Source: Eledone cirrhosa (Eukaryota). From it: a DNA stretch of 64,000 nucleotides. Below, piece after piece: positions 25,341 to 41,588 of the stretch (the stretch's first letter is position 1; every line of letters starts with the position of its first letter). A program made the translations under genes and the position numbers. A model generated the notes under the pieces. The model saw only the letters and a program-made list of their open reading frames with translations, had not been told where the DNA came from and made no database searches. The DNA is taken from the NCBI GenBank assembly GCA_964016885.1, contig OZ024743.1:368342001-368406000 (forward strand), given 5' to 3'.

Positions 25341-27548
25341 CTCTTTTACTCTTTTACCTGTTTCAGCCATCCGGCTGAGGCCATGCTGGGGCACCGCTCT
25401 TGTTGCTACACATTTTATCTCCAGCCCGTATAGGTTGGCCACTGGTGTAGGAGGGAGTTTGTTGCTGCTGCCCTTAGGTTTCCCTCGTGTCTTGCTGTGG
25501 GCTCATCCGGGATCCTGGATAACAAGGTGTCGAGATGTTTCTTAAAGACATCCACCTCCACGTCATGCAAGTCTCGCAGATGCCTCGGCAGCCTGTTGAA
25601 GAGTTGAGGGCCCTTGAATCCCAGGCTATTGCAATACCTGCTCCTTATTCTAGATGTGGAAGACGGGACCTTTGGCACCACACAGTGACGTCCTGTTCGA
25701 CGGTTGGTCCAGCTCCCAATGCCAAAGTTTGGTGCTAGTCCCTCCAGGATTTTCCACATGTAGATCACTGCGTATCTCTCCCGTCTTCGCTCCAAGGAGT
25801 AGAGGTTCAGTTCCTTCAGCCTCTCCCAGTAGCTTGTCTCTCTCATCTTGGCAATCCTCTTGGTGTAGCTTCGCTGGATTGCCTCAAGCTCTGTGGTTAG
25901 TTTGACACTATGGGGTGACCACAGCTGGGAGCAGTAGTCCAGGCGGCTTAGGACAAAAGTCCTCCACAGTGTCAACATGGTGTCTCGATCTCTTGTAAGG
26001 AAAGTCCTCAAGATCCAGCCAGCGAATCGTCTACATGCTGTCGCCACCTTCATGATGTGTGAAGAAAAAGATGCATCATCGCTCATGTCTATGCCCCATT
26101 TGCTGCGACTGCCTGGCTTCTGTCCCTTAAGAAGCCATGCAGCCACTCACCTACTTTTCCAGTTATGCCGAGTCCGTGTAGTTTGTGACATATCATTCCG
26201 TGGTCGACCTTGTCAAAGGCCTTCGCAAAGTCAAGATATATCACGTCTACATGTGAGCTGTCTAGTAGTTGTCTCAGTACCCAGTCGTAGTGATGTAGCA
26301 GCTGTGTAAGGCAGCTTCTTCCTGGGCGGAAGCCATGTTGCGTGCTAGTCAGGCGGTCATTTTCTTCGAGGAAAGTGATTAGTTTCTTTCTGACGACTCG
26401 CTCCATGACCTTACTGATATGCGACGTCAGGGAGACTGGCCTATAGTTCTTGGCCTCCGCTCTACTACCTCCTTTATGGATAGGGCATATTGTGCCTTCT
26501 TTCAGCTCCCTGGGTAGTACACCGCTAGCCAAGGAGCTTCTGAAGAGCATCTTCAGTGGAGTTGCTAAGGCCCGCTTACATATTTTTAGGAGAACTGCTG
26601 GGAATCCATCAGGTCCAGCAGCCGAGTCTGTTCTAATTTCATCAATGGCGTACACCACATCCTCCTCCGTTATGTCTATGTGGTTGATGGTTGCCATTTC
26701 TTGATGTAGTGTTGTGGCATCAAAGAACTCCTCTGGCTTCGTTATTTGCATGTGCCTCAGTGGACATGTGAAGACACTCTTGTACTGTTCGTTCAGTATT
26801 TCACATATCTCTTGGGGATTTTCGGTTAATGAACCGTCCGTGTGGAAGAGTGGTCCAATCTTGCAGTGTACTGAGGCAGTTTCTTTTGCAAATTTAAAGA
26901 AGGCCTTAGGGTTTGTTTTAATGTTTTCTATGGCCCTGTTCTCTTTCCTTGCCCTCTCATTCTCATGTGAAAGCTTGAGTGCAATCTCGGTGTCAAGTAG
27001 TGCACGTTTCAAGTAGGATTCCTTCTTGTTTTGGTTTTGTTGACTATTCAACTGGTTTGAGAGTTTAGTTCTACGTCTCATAAGGATTTTCCTATCTCTG
27101 GGAATAAGATTTTTGTGTCTGTTTGCCTCTTTCTCCGGGACACACTTTTTGCATATGGTGTGTATCGTTGTCATGAAGTGTTGAAATTGTGTGTTAGTGT
27201 CTTGTGTGGCGATGTTTGCACTCCATGTTTGCTTCCGGATTTCACTCTTAATCTTCTTCCAGTCAGCCCCGTAGAAGTTAAGGCTGGATAGCGTCCCGGA
27301 GCTTCTTGGTGGTTTTGTCTCTGTTGGTTCTCTTGGACCACATATCATTAGCTCTACCAAGTTATGATCCGAGAGAATTGTTGGTGTCACCTTTACATTG
27401 TGGATGAGCACTTCGTTGTTTGTAAAACAGAGGTCCAGGACATTTTCGCCTCTTGTTGGGAGGAGTATTGCTTGCTCCATGAACAGCCTGTGTGTGAGGG
27501 CCAGCAGGGATTCCGTCTGTCTCTGTTCTATTGACGTCATTCCAGGGA

Positions 27549-27550
<2 letters not shown>
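25341..27550 (-). mobile_element. Young CR1-like LINE, 5'-truncated, with an internal deletion of the RT catalytic core
   Basis: Open frames 26089-27540 ([48 protein letters not shown]) and 25415-26146 (SRLDYCSQLWSP, YSLERRRER). 3' stem-loop CAGCC-GGAT-GGCTG and (GTAAAAGA)2 tail. Confidence 0.9.
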
Positions 27551-29077
<1,527 letters not shown>

Positions 29078-29570
29078 TTTTCTCTTTCTCTTAATTTTGA
29101 GTATATTTTTTTGACCGGCCACCTTCCTGGTGGCAAGGTTGTAAAAGAAAAGAAATTGTCATCCCTTGAATCGCAAGAATGTTTTGCAAATTTTGAAGGT
29201 GCCAGCTATCGCAGCCATTTGTAGACTATGAATTAGGGAGCTGCGCTTTTTGTCCGCAAGTCCAAGTTCAGTCATACTTTGATCCAAGCGGGTTGCTATA
29301 TAACCCGTAGCTCCAATAATGATGGGTATGAAGCTAAAGGTGTATCTTGGATACTGGATTTGTAAACTCCTCATCAATGGTCCGTAGATGTCCTCCTTCT
29401 CCTGTATTTTTCTGACAACGTTTACATCAAGTGGGCAGCTGATCTCCACAACAGAACACGTTTTCAATGTGTGGTCCCAAACAACAATATCAGGCCGGTT
29501 GTGCTTTAATTTGGTGGCAGTTTTTATTTTCAGGTTCCACCAGTATTCCTTAGTGCCATCTGTCTCAACA
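29078..29570 (-). mobile_element. 3' end of an R4/Dong-like element (restriction-like endonuclease), inserted in the microsatellite
   Basis: [48 protein letters not shown], open to the stop at 29159. Confidence 0.85.
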
Positions 29571-29629
29571 TATGTATATATATATATATGTATGTATATA
29601 TATATGTATATATATATATATATATGTAT

Positions 29630-29674
<45 letters not shown>

Positions 29675-29680
29675 TGTATG

Positions 29681-29711
<31 letters not shown>

Positions 29712-29816
29712 GTATATATATATATGTATATATATATATATGTATATATATATATGTATATATATATATGTATATATATATATGTATATATATATATGTA
29801 TATATATATATGTATG

Positions 29817-29867
<51 letters not shown>

Positions 29868-29917
29868 GTATGTATATATATGTATATATATATATATGTA
29901 TGTATATATATGTATAT

Positions 29918-29991
<74 letters not shown>

Positions 29992-30422
29992 GTATATATA
30001 TATATGTATGTATATATATATATGTATGTATATATATGTATATATATATATATATATGTATGTATATATATGTATATGTATATATATATATATGTATGTA
30101 TATATATGTATATATATATATATATATGTATATATATGTATATATATATATATATGTATGTATATGTATGTATATATATATATATGTATGTATATATATA
30201 TATATGTATGTATATATATATATATATGTATGTATATATATATATATATGTATGTATATATATATATATATGTATGTATATATATATATATATATATGTA
30301 TGTATATATATATATATATGTATGTATATATATATATATATATATGTATGTATATATATATATATATATGTATGTATATATATATATATGTATATGTATG
30401 TATATATATATATATATGTATG

Positions 30423-30455
<33 letters not shown>

Positions 30456-30468
30456 ATATATATATATG
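29571..30468 (+). repeat. (TA)n/(TATG)n compound microsatellite
   Basis: Direct inspection. Confidence 0.95.
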
Positions 30469-30530
30469 TAAAATATTAAACAAATAATGAATAAACAATG
30501 AAAACAGTTCCTTATATTAAACAAAAAAAG

Positions 30531-30684
30531 TTCATTATTTAACGATCGTTTCTAGGATATATATGTGTTAGAATTGGCATGCATATTCAACAGATCTATG
30601 TACAAAATTATACAAAATTATACAAACTATCAAGATTAAATATACATACCAACACATATATACGCCGTCTTCAGAAATAATGAA
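30531..30684 (-). ncRNA. Type I hammerhead ribozyme candidate with extended stem II (left arm)
   Basis: Minus strand: TTCATTATTT-CTGAAGA-[115-nt hairpin]-GAAAC-GATC-GTT-AAATAATGAA. Confidence 0.65.
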
Positions 30685-31321
30685 ATATATTTATTGATAA
30701 TAACAACAATTCAAAATTTCAGGTCCGTTTGGGAACAAAATTGACCAATGAAAATACAAAAGGTTTAATGCAGTTCGGTGTGTGTATATACATGTAACTA
30801 CCCTTACACATATTTTACAAAAATGTATGCACAACTTGTATACGCATACGAAAAGGATGGATGCAAATACAAAATTTCAAGGTTAATGTCTCTGTAAGTT
30901 TATAATGCACAGATAAGATGCGTATAGACACATAAATATGAAATAAGTGTATATACATATTTTCATACTCACTCATATCCGTACAATCACACATACACAC
31001 GCGTATATGCATAAACATACACATAAACTACGAACATACAAACACACACACACCCCCACTCACATATATATATGTGGATATAAAATCCTAAGCACATGGA
31101 TATTAATTCACTCACATAAACATTGGCACACACATTTAGATCAAGATACAGAAATTAGGTGGGAGGGGGGGAGAGGTCAGTATTCAACTGTTTGGGCAGA
31201 CTGCTTAATATAGATGTATCTATAAACTAAGAAAATAAAAAATAATAAATAATAAATAAACATTAAAAAGGAAAGAAAAGAAAAAGAAAAAGAAAAAAGA
31301 AAAAAGAAATATATCAAGAAA

Positions 31322-31382
<61 letters not shown>

Positions 31383-31564
31383 CATACACGTACATACACA
31401 CATATATATACACATACACACATACAAACACATACATACATATACACACATCCACACTTAGAACATATATACACACACATATATAAACATATACATATAC
31501 ACACATACATACATATACACACATACATATAAATACACATATATATATACACATATATATATAC

Positions 31565-31600
<36 letters not shown>

Positions 31601-31900
31601 ATACACTCATACATACACATATAATCACACATACTATATAGACACACATATATATACACACATACACGCACATATACATACACTTACATACATATATACA
31701 TACAGATATACACATACATACCTATATATACACACAAATACATACAGACATACATACATACATACATACAGACAAATACTTAGGCATCTATATATCGGTA
31801 TATACATACAAACACCACTACACTCTCACACAACTCAGACATACAAAGAAAAAGGTATATACCTATACACATATACATATACAAATAGAGAAACATATAC

Positions 31901-31959
<59 letters not shown>

Positions 31960-32112
31960 CATACACATACACATATACACACATACACATACATACACAT
32001 ACATACATGTACACACACATAGATATATATACACATACACACATACACACATACATATTTAGTCATACACACACATACACCTACACGAACATACACATAC
32101 ACATATATAAAG

Positions 32113-32151
<39 letters not shown>

Positions 32152-32161
32152 AAAAATGAAG

Positions 32162-32206
<45 letters not shown>

Positions 32207-32541
32207 CATACATATACATACACACATATATAGACATATATGTACATACATACACATACATAGATACATACACACACATACATACATATATATATACACA
32301 CATAGACATATACTTACATACACACACAACATACATACACACATATATACTCATACATAGAATTAGATATATAATCATACATACATACGCACTTACATAT
32401 ACTCATATATACAAATACATACGCATCCATATATGCGTATATACATAGAAACACCACTACACCCTCACCCAACTCAGACATACAAAGAAAAAGGCATATA
32501 CATATACATATATACACGCATTAATAGAGATATATATACAC

Positions 32542-32575
<34 letters not shown>

Positions 32576-32977
32576 ACTTATATATATATACTCACACCCA
32601 CATACAACCAAAAATACACATACAAACACCCACATATACATATATATACACATATATATATATACACACACATAAAAAACAGACATGCACATATATATTT
32701 TTTTACACACATATATACACATATATATACACACATACACATAAGTTATATTATAATAATAAATAATATATATATATATAACACATACATATATACATGT
32801 ATATATATATGTGTGTGTGCGCATGTATACACATATATGTGTTTATGTGTATATGTGTATATATGTGTGTGTGCACACACATGTATATGTGAGAGTGTAT
32901 ATGTGTGTGTGTATATGTATGTGTATATATATATATATATATATATGTATCTATGTGCGTATATATGTCTATATTCG

Positions 32978-33020
<43 letters not shown>

Positions 33021-33610
33021 TATATATATATATATTATTTATTATTATAATATAACTTATGTGTATGTGTGTATATGTGAGGGTGTGTATATGTATATAT
33101 ATGTGTATATATGTGTGTAAAAAAATATATATGTGCATGTCTGTTTTTTATGTGTGTGTATATATATATATGTGTATATATATGTATATGTGGGTGTTTG
33201 TATGTGTATTTTTGGTTGTATGTGGGTGTGAGTATATATATATAAGTGTATGTGTGTATATATATATATATATATATGTGTATATATATCTCTATTAATG
33301 CGTGTATATATGTATATGTATATGCCTTTTTCTTTGTATGTCTGAGTTGGGTGAGGGTGTAGTGGTGTTTCTATGTATATACGCATATATGGATGCGTAT
33401 GTATTTGTATATATGAGTATATGTAAGTGCGTATGTATGTATGATTATATATCTAATTCTATGTATGAGTATATATGTGTGTATGTATGTTGTGTGTGTA
33501 TGTAAGTATATGTCTGTGTGTATATATATATGTATGTATGTGTGTGTATGTATCTATGTATGTGTATATATGTACATATATGTCTATATATGTGTGTATG
33601 TATATGTATG

Positions 33611-33653
<43 letters not shown>

Positions 33654-33865
33654 CTTCATTTTTTATATATATGTGTGTGTGTGTATGTGTGTGTGTGTGT
33701 GTGTATATATATCTTTATATATGTGTATGTGTATGTTCGTGTAGGTGTATGTGTGTGTATGACTAAATATGTATGTGTGTATGTGTGTATGTGTATATAT
33801 ATCTATGTGTGTGTACATGTATGTATGTGTATGTATGTGTATGTGTGTATATGTGTATGTGTATG

Positions 33866-33896
<31 letters not shown>

Positions 33897-34219
33897 ATGT
33901 GTGTGTATATATATATATATATATGTATATGTTTCTCTATTTGTATATGTATATGTGTATAGGTATATACCTTTTTCTTTGTATGTCTGAGTTGTGTGAG
34001 AGTGTAGTGGTGTTTGTATGTATATACCGATATATAGATGCCTAAGTATTTGTCTGTATGTATGTATGTATGTCTGTATGTATTTGTGTGTATATATAGG
34101 TATGTATGTGTATATCTGTATGTATATATGTATGTAAGTATGTATATGTGCGTGTATGTGTGTATATATATGTGTGTCTATATAGTATGTGTGATTATAT
34201 GTGTATGTATGAGTGTATG

Positions 34220-34252
<33 letters not shown>

Positions 34253-34430
34253 GTATATATATATGTGTATATATATATGTGTATTTATATGTATGTGTGT
34301 ATATGTATGTATGTGTGTATATGTATATGTTTATATATGTTTGTGTATGTATGTTCTAAGTGTGGATGTGTGTATATGTATGTATGTGTTTGTATGTGTG
34401 TATGTGTATATATATGTGTGTATGTACGTG

Positions 34431-34482
<52 letters not shown>

Positions 34483-35122
34483 TATTTTCTTGATATATTT
34501 CTTTTTTCTTTTTTCTTTTTCTTTTTCTTTTCTTTCCTTTTTAATGTTTATTTATTATTTATTATTTTTTATTTTCTTAGTTTATAGATACATCTATATT
34601 AAGCAGTCTGCCCAAACAGTTGAATACTGACCTCTCCCCCCCTCCCACCTAATTTCTGTATCTTGATCTAAATGTGTGTGCCAATGTTTATGTGAGTGAA
34701 TTAATATCCATGTGCTTAGGATTTTATATCCACATATATATATGTGAGTGGGGGTGTGTGTGTGTTTGTATGTTCGTAGTTTATGTGTATGTTTATGCAT
34801 ATACGCGTGTGTATGTGTGATTGTACGGATATGAGTGAGTATGAAAATATGTATATACACTTATTTCATATTTATGTGTCTATACGCATCTTATCTGTGC
34901 ATTATAAACTTACAGAGACATTAACCTTGAAATTTTGTATTTGCATCCATCCTTTTCGTATGCGTATACAAGTTGTGCATACATTTTTGTAAAATATGTG
35001 TAAGGGTAGTTACATGTATATACACACACCGAACTGCATTAAACCTTTTGTATTTTCATTGGTCAATTTTGTTCCCAAACGGACCTGAAATTTTGAATTG
35101 TTGTTATTATCAATAAATATAT

Positions 35123-35276
35123 TTCATTATTTCTGAAGACGGCGTATATATCTGTTGGTATGTATATTTAATCTTGATAGTTTGTATAATTTTGTATAAT
35201 TTTGTACATAGATCTGTTGAATATGCATGCCAATTCTAACACATATATATCCTAGAAACGATCGTTAAATAATGAA
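35123..35276 (+). ncRNA. Type I hammerhead ribozyme candidate with extended stem II (right arm)
   Basis: Stem I 35123-35132/35267-35276 (10 bp, perfect), CTGAAGA 35133-35139, GAAA 35255-35258, 2-bp stem III with palindromic GATC loop, GUU triplet 35264-35266. The base of stem II is mismatched. Confidence 0.65.
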
Positions 35277-35490
35277 CTTTTTTTGTTTAATATAAGGAAC
35301 TGTTTTCATTGTTTATTCATTATTTGTTTAATATTTTATCTTGACTCTGTATACCGTTTATCTTTCACCGAAAGTGATTTTTCATTACATCTCTTCTTTC
35401 CATGATATCCGGAATACATTGAGTTCTTCATACGGATTGGACACTACCGTAAACTCTTGGTAGATTTATCTACATATATATATATGTATG

Positions 35491-35523
<33 letters not shown>

Positions 35524-35540
35524 ATATATATATATGTATG

Positions 35541-35571
<31 letters not shown>

Positions 35572-35632
35572 ATATATATATATATATGTATGTATATATA
35601 TATGTATGTATATATGTATATATATATGTATG

Positions 35633-35665
<33 letters not shown>

Positions 35666-35720
35666 ATATATATATGTATGTATATATATATATGTATGTA
35701 TGTATATATATATATGTATG

Positions 35721-35754
<34 letters not shown>

Positions 35755-35757
35755 ATG

Positions 35758-35896
<139 letters not shown>

Positions 35897-35935
35897 ATAT
35901 GTATGTATGTATGTATATATGTATGTATGTATGTA

Positions 35936-36188
35936 TGCCTTTGCTCACTATAAAAGCTTCACGGCACAGGCATTGCTTTATATCTGGAGATCTCTCTGCA
36001 CTTGTCGTCACATGGTACCATGGGCCCAGCACTATGTGTCAATAATTGTCACAAGTGTAGTGTTTGTACCAGAGTTTTCAAGTCGCTGGCTGGACTAAAA
36101 AGTCACACTCGTTCAGCGCTTCGGTAGGGGTTCTCCTACATGGATATAAAGTAGTGGCCGTACTCGAAAACGAGTTGGCAGCCACCAT
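35936..36188 (+). mobile_element. Element X, 5'-truncated copy
   Basis: Near-identical to the 3' part of 37963-38576; ends CGAGTTGGCAGCCACCAT. Confidence 0.85.
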
Positions 36189-36304
36189 GTATATATATAT
36201 ATGTATGTATGTATATATATATATGTATGTATGTATGTATATATATGTATGTATGTATGTATATGTATGTATGTATGTATGTATATATATATATATGTAT
36301 GTAT

Positions 36305-36336
<32 letters not shown>

Positions 36337-36374
36337 GTGTATATGTATATATATATATGTATGTATATATATGT

Positions 36375-36690
36375 ATCATCATCATCATTTCATTTCATTT
36401 TACGTCCACTTTTCCCTGCTTGCAAGGGTGGGACGGGAACTGATTCTGGCTTGATTTCTACAGCTGGATGCCCTTCCTAACACCAACCTCATTTACAGTG
36501 AGTGCTGGGTGCTTTTTTGCCATAGCACCTCCACGACCACCTTGCAGTGGAATGATATGGACCCCAGTCCCTATCATCTCATTTCTACAGCTGAGTAAAC
36601 TGGAGCAATGTGAAATAAAGTGTCTTGCTCAAGGAAACAACACATCACCCGGTCTGAGAATTGAACTCACAACCTTTCGATTGCAAGGCC
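36375..36690 (-). mobile_element. SINE, near-identical to 17999-18355 but missing its extreme 5' end
   Basis: Direct match over ~300 bp. Confidence 0.9.
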
Positions 36691-36750
36691 ATATACATAT
36701 ATACATACATATATATATATATATGTATATATATGTATATATATATATGT

Positions 36751-36783
<33 letters not shown>

Positions 36784-37591
36784 TGTATATATATATATGT
36801 ATATGTATGTATATATATATGTATGTATGTATATATATGTATGTATGTATATATATGTATGTATGTATATATATGTATATGTATGTATGTATATATATGT
36901 ATGTATGTATGTATATATATGTATGTATGTATATATATGTATATGTATATATATATGTATGTATATGTATATATATATGTATATATGTATGTATATGTAT
37001 ATATATATGTATGTATGTATATATATGTATGTATGTATATATATGTATGTATGTATATATATGTATATATATATATATATGTATGTATATATATATATGT
37101 ATGTATATATATATATGTATGTGTATATATATATATGTATGTGTATATATATATGTATGTGTATATATATGTGTATGTATATATATATGTATGTATATAT
37201 ATATGTACGTATGTGTATATATGTATGTGTATATATATGTATATGTATGTGTATATATATATATATGTATGTGTGTATATATATATATATGTATGTGTAT
37301 ATATATATATGTATGTATATATATATGTATGTATGTATATATATGTATGTATGTATATATATATATATGTATGTATATATATATATGTATGTATATATAT
37401 ATATGTATGTATATATATATATGTATGTATATATATATATGTATGTATATGTATATGTATGTGTATATATATGTATGTATATATATATGTATGTGTATAT
37501 ATATATATGTATATATATATGTATGTATGTATATATATATGTATGTATATATATATGTATGTATGTGTGTATGTATGTATGTATGTATGTA

Positions 37592-37624
<33 letters not shown>

Positions 37625-37932
37625 ATATATGTATGTATGTATGTATATATATATGTATATATGTATATATATATGTATGTATGTATATATATATATGTAT
37701 GTATGTATATATATGTATGTATGTATATGTATGTATGTATGTATATATATGTATGTATGTATATATATGTATATATGTATGTATGTATGTATGTATATAT
37801 ATATATGTATGTATATATGTATGTATGTATGTATGTATATATATGTATGTATATATGTATATATGTATGTATGTATATATATATGTATGTATATATATAT
37901 ATATGTATGTATATATATATATATGTATGTAT

Positions 37933-37962
<30 letters not shown>

Positions 37963-37964
<2 letters not shown>

Positions 37965-38576
37965 TATGTCGGGTCACCACTTGGTGCTACTGGTAACATG
38001 TATCCCAGTACAACCTGTCTCATGGTCGGGTCGTTGGCGACTAAACTGGCAACCCCACCAAGGTTTCTTGGTGAGGAGGGTGACTTTGGACATCCTGCAG
38101 GACTAAAAACAAAACCTGTCAAAGGGCAAAGGAGCTCTTAAGAGTCAATGGCCATCCAAAATCACCGGAGAGATGACCCCTTAGCCTTTGTCATGGCAGA
38201 ATTCTAGGAGAAGGATAACTCTGATATAACACCTGCAACCCTGATGGTATCCAATGATGTTGACTTGTTCTTCTTTTTGGTAAATATCATCTTGGTTAAG
38301 AGAGTGGGACTGGCTTTGTGCAGTGCCTTTGCTCACTATAAAAGCTTCACGGCACAGGCATTGCTTTATATCTGGAGATCTCTCTGCACTTGTCGTCACA
38401 TGGTACCATGGGCCCAGCACTATGTGTCAGTAATTGTCACAAGTGTAGTGTTTGTACCAGAGTTTTCAAGTCGCTGGCTGGACTAAAAAGTCACACTCGT
38501 TCAGCGCATCGGTAGGGGTTCTCCTACATGGATATAAAGTAGTGGCCGTACTCGAAAACGAGTTGGCAGCCACCAT
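37963..38576 (+). mobile_element. Element X, longest form: non-autonomous bipartite RTE derivative
   Basis: The 5' part has RTE 5'-end-like motifs (GGCGACTAAA, CTAGGAGAAGGA.AACTCTGA). The 3' part encodes [17 protein letters not shown] and has a tail like that of the LINE at 61245. No RT. Confidence 0.75.
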
Positions 38577-38679
38577 ATATATATATGTATATATATGTAT
38601 GTATATATATATGTATATATATGTATGTATATATATATGTATATATATGTATGTATATATATATTTATATATATGTATG

Positions 38680-38717
<38 letters not shown>

Positions 38718-38734
38718 ATGTATGTATATATATG

Positions 38735-38830
<96 letters not shown>

Positions 38831-38919
38831 GCATATATATATATATAATGTATGTATATATATGTATGTGTATATATATATATATATATATAATGTATGT
38901 ATATATATGTATGTGTATG

Positions 38920-38952
<33 letters not shown>

Positions 38953-39041
38953 ATATATATATATGTATGTGTATGTATATATATATATATATGTATGTAT
39001 ATATATATATATGTATGTGTATGTATATATATATATGTATG

Positions 39042-39102
<61 letters not shown>

Positions 39103-39143
39103 ATATATATATATATGTATGTATATATATATATATATGTATG

Positions 39144-39176
<33 letters not shown>

Positions 39177-39296
39177 GTATGTATATATATATATATGTAT
39201 GTATATATATATATATGTATGTATATATATATATATATATGTATGTATATATATATATATATGTATGTATATATATATATATGTATGTATATATAT

Positions 39297-39519
<223 letters not shown>

Positions 39520-39624
39520 TATATGTATGTATATATATGTATATGTATGTATATATATGTATATGTATGTATATATATGTATATATATATGTATATATAT
39601 GTATATATATATATATATATGTAT

Positions 39625-39711
39625 GTCACACTTGTTCAGCGCATCAGTAGGGGTTCTCCTACATGGATATAAAGTAGTGGCCGTACTCGAAAACGAGTTG
39701 GCAGCCACCAT
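39625..39711 (+). mobile_element. Element X, 87-bp 3' tip
   Basis: GTCACAC..GTTCAGCGCATC...GGCAGCCACCAT. Confidence 0.85.
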
Positions 39712-39736
39712 ATATGTATGTATATATATATGTATG

Positions 39737-39773
<37 letters not shown>

Positions 39774-39802
39774 ATATGTATGTATGTATGTATATATGTA
39801 TG

Positions 39803-39837
<35 letters not shown>

Positions 39838-39852
39838 ATATATATATGTATG

Positions 39853-39886
<34 letters not shown>

Positions 39887-39926
39887 ATGTATATATATGT
39901 ATGTATATGTATGTATGTATATATAT

Positions 39927-40106
<180 letters not shown>

Positions 40107-40119
40107 ATATATATGTATG

Positions 40120-40308
<189 letters not shown>

Positions 40309-40345
40309 ATATATATATATGTATATATATGTATATATATGTATG

Positions 40346-40387
<42 letters not shown>

Positions 40388-40394
40388 ATGTATG

Positions 40395-40434
<40 letters not shown>

Positions 40435-40451
40435 ATGTATGTATATATATG

Positions 40452-40485
<34 letters not shown>

Positions 40486-40499
40486 ATGTATGTATATAT

Positions 40500-40778
40500 C
40501 CCCCCCCCCCACCGCAAGGTGGTCGTGGAGGTGCCACGGCAAAAAAGCACCCAGCTCACACTGTAAAGTGGACGTGTAGGCGCCACGAAAAAGCACCCAG
40601 CACTCACTGTAAATGAGGTTGGTGTTAAGAAGGGCATCCAGCTGTAGAAATCAAGCCAGATCAGTTCCTGTATGAGCAAGGCATGGTCAGCCGACCAGAC
40701 ACTGCCCACAACAGGACAACCCGTCTAACCCATGCTAGCGTGGAAGAACGGACGTAAAACGGTGATGATGATGATGAT
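40500..40778 (+). mobile_element. SINE/RTE-type 3' tail with (GAT)n
   Basis: Inverted match to parts of 36375-36545; ends GGACGTAAAACGGTGATGATGAT. Confidence 0.8.
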
Positions 40779-40787
40779 ATATGTATG

Positions 40788-40821
<34 letters not shown>

Positions 40822-40844
40822 ATGTATGTATATATATGTATGTG

Positions 40845-40884
<40 letters not shown>

Positions 40885-41100
40885 TATGTATGTGTATGTA
40901 TATATATATATATATGTATGTATATATATATATATATATATGTATGTATATATATATATATGTATGTGTATATATATATATATATGTATGTATATATATA
41001 TATATGTATGTATATATATATATATATGTATGTATATATATATATATGTATGTATATATATATATATATATGTATGTATATATATATATATATATGTATG

Positions 41101-41131
<31 letters not shown>

Positions 41132-41178
41132 ATATATATATATATATATGTATGTATATATATATATATATATGTATG

Positions 41179-41211
<33 letters not shown>

Positions 41212-41588
41212 GTATGTATATATATATATATGTATGTATATATATATATATATATATGTATGTATATATATATATATATGTATGTATATATATATATATA
41301 TATATGTGTGTGTATATATATATATATATGTGTGTGTATATATATATATATATGTATGTGTATATATATGTATGTATATATATTTATATATGTATGTATA
41401 TATATATGTATATATATATGTATATATGTATGTATATGTATATATGTATGTATGTATATATGTATATATGTATGTATGTATATATATATATATGTATGTA
41501 TGTATATATATATATATGTATGTATATATATATATATGTATGTATGTATATATATATATATGTATGTATGTATATATATATATATGTA

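Larger units (their letters stand above)
30469..35338. repeat. Giant inverted repeat: arms ~30469-32795 and ~33005-35338, spacer ~210 bp
   Basis: Unique blocks mirror each other, for example identical ORF translations at 30815-31024(-) and 34783-34992(+), and at 30947-31213(+) and 34594-34860(-). Base composition flips from C/A-rich to G/T-rich at ~32800. Confidence 0.95.
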
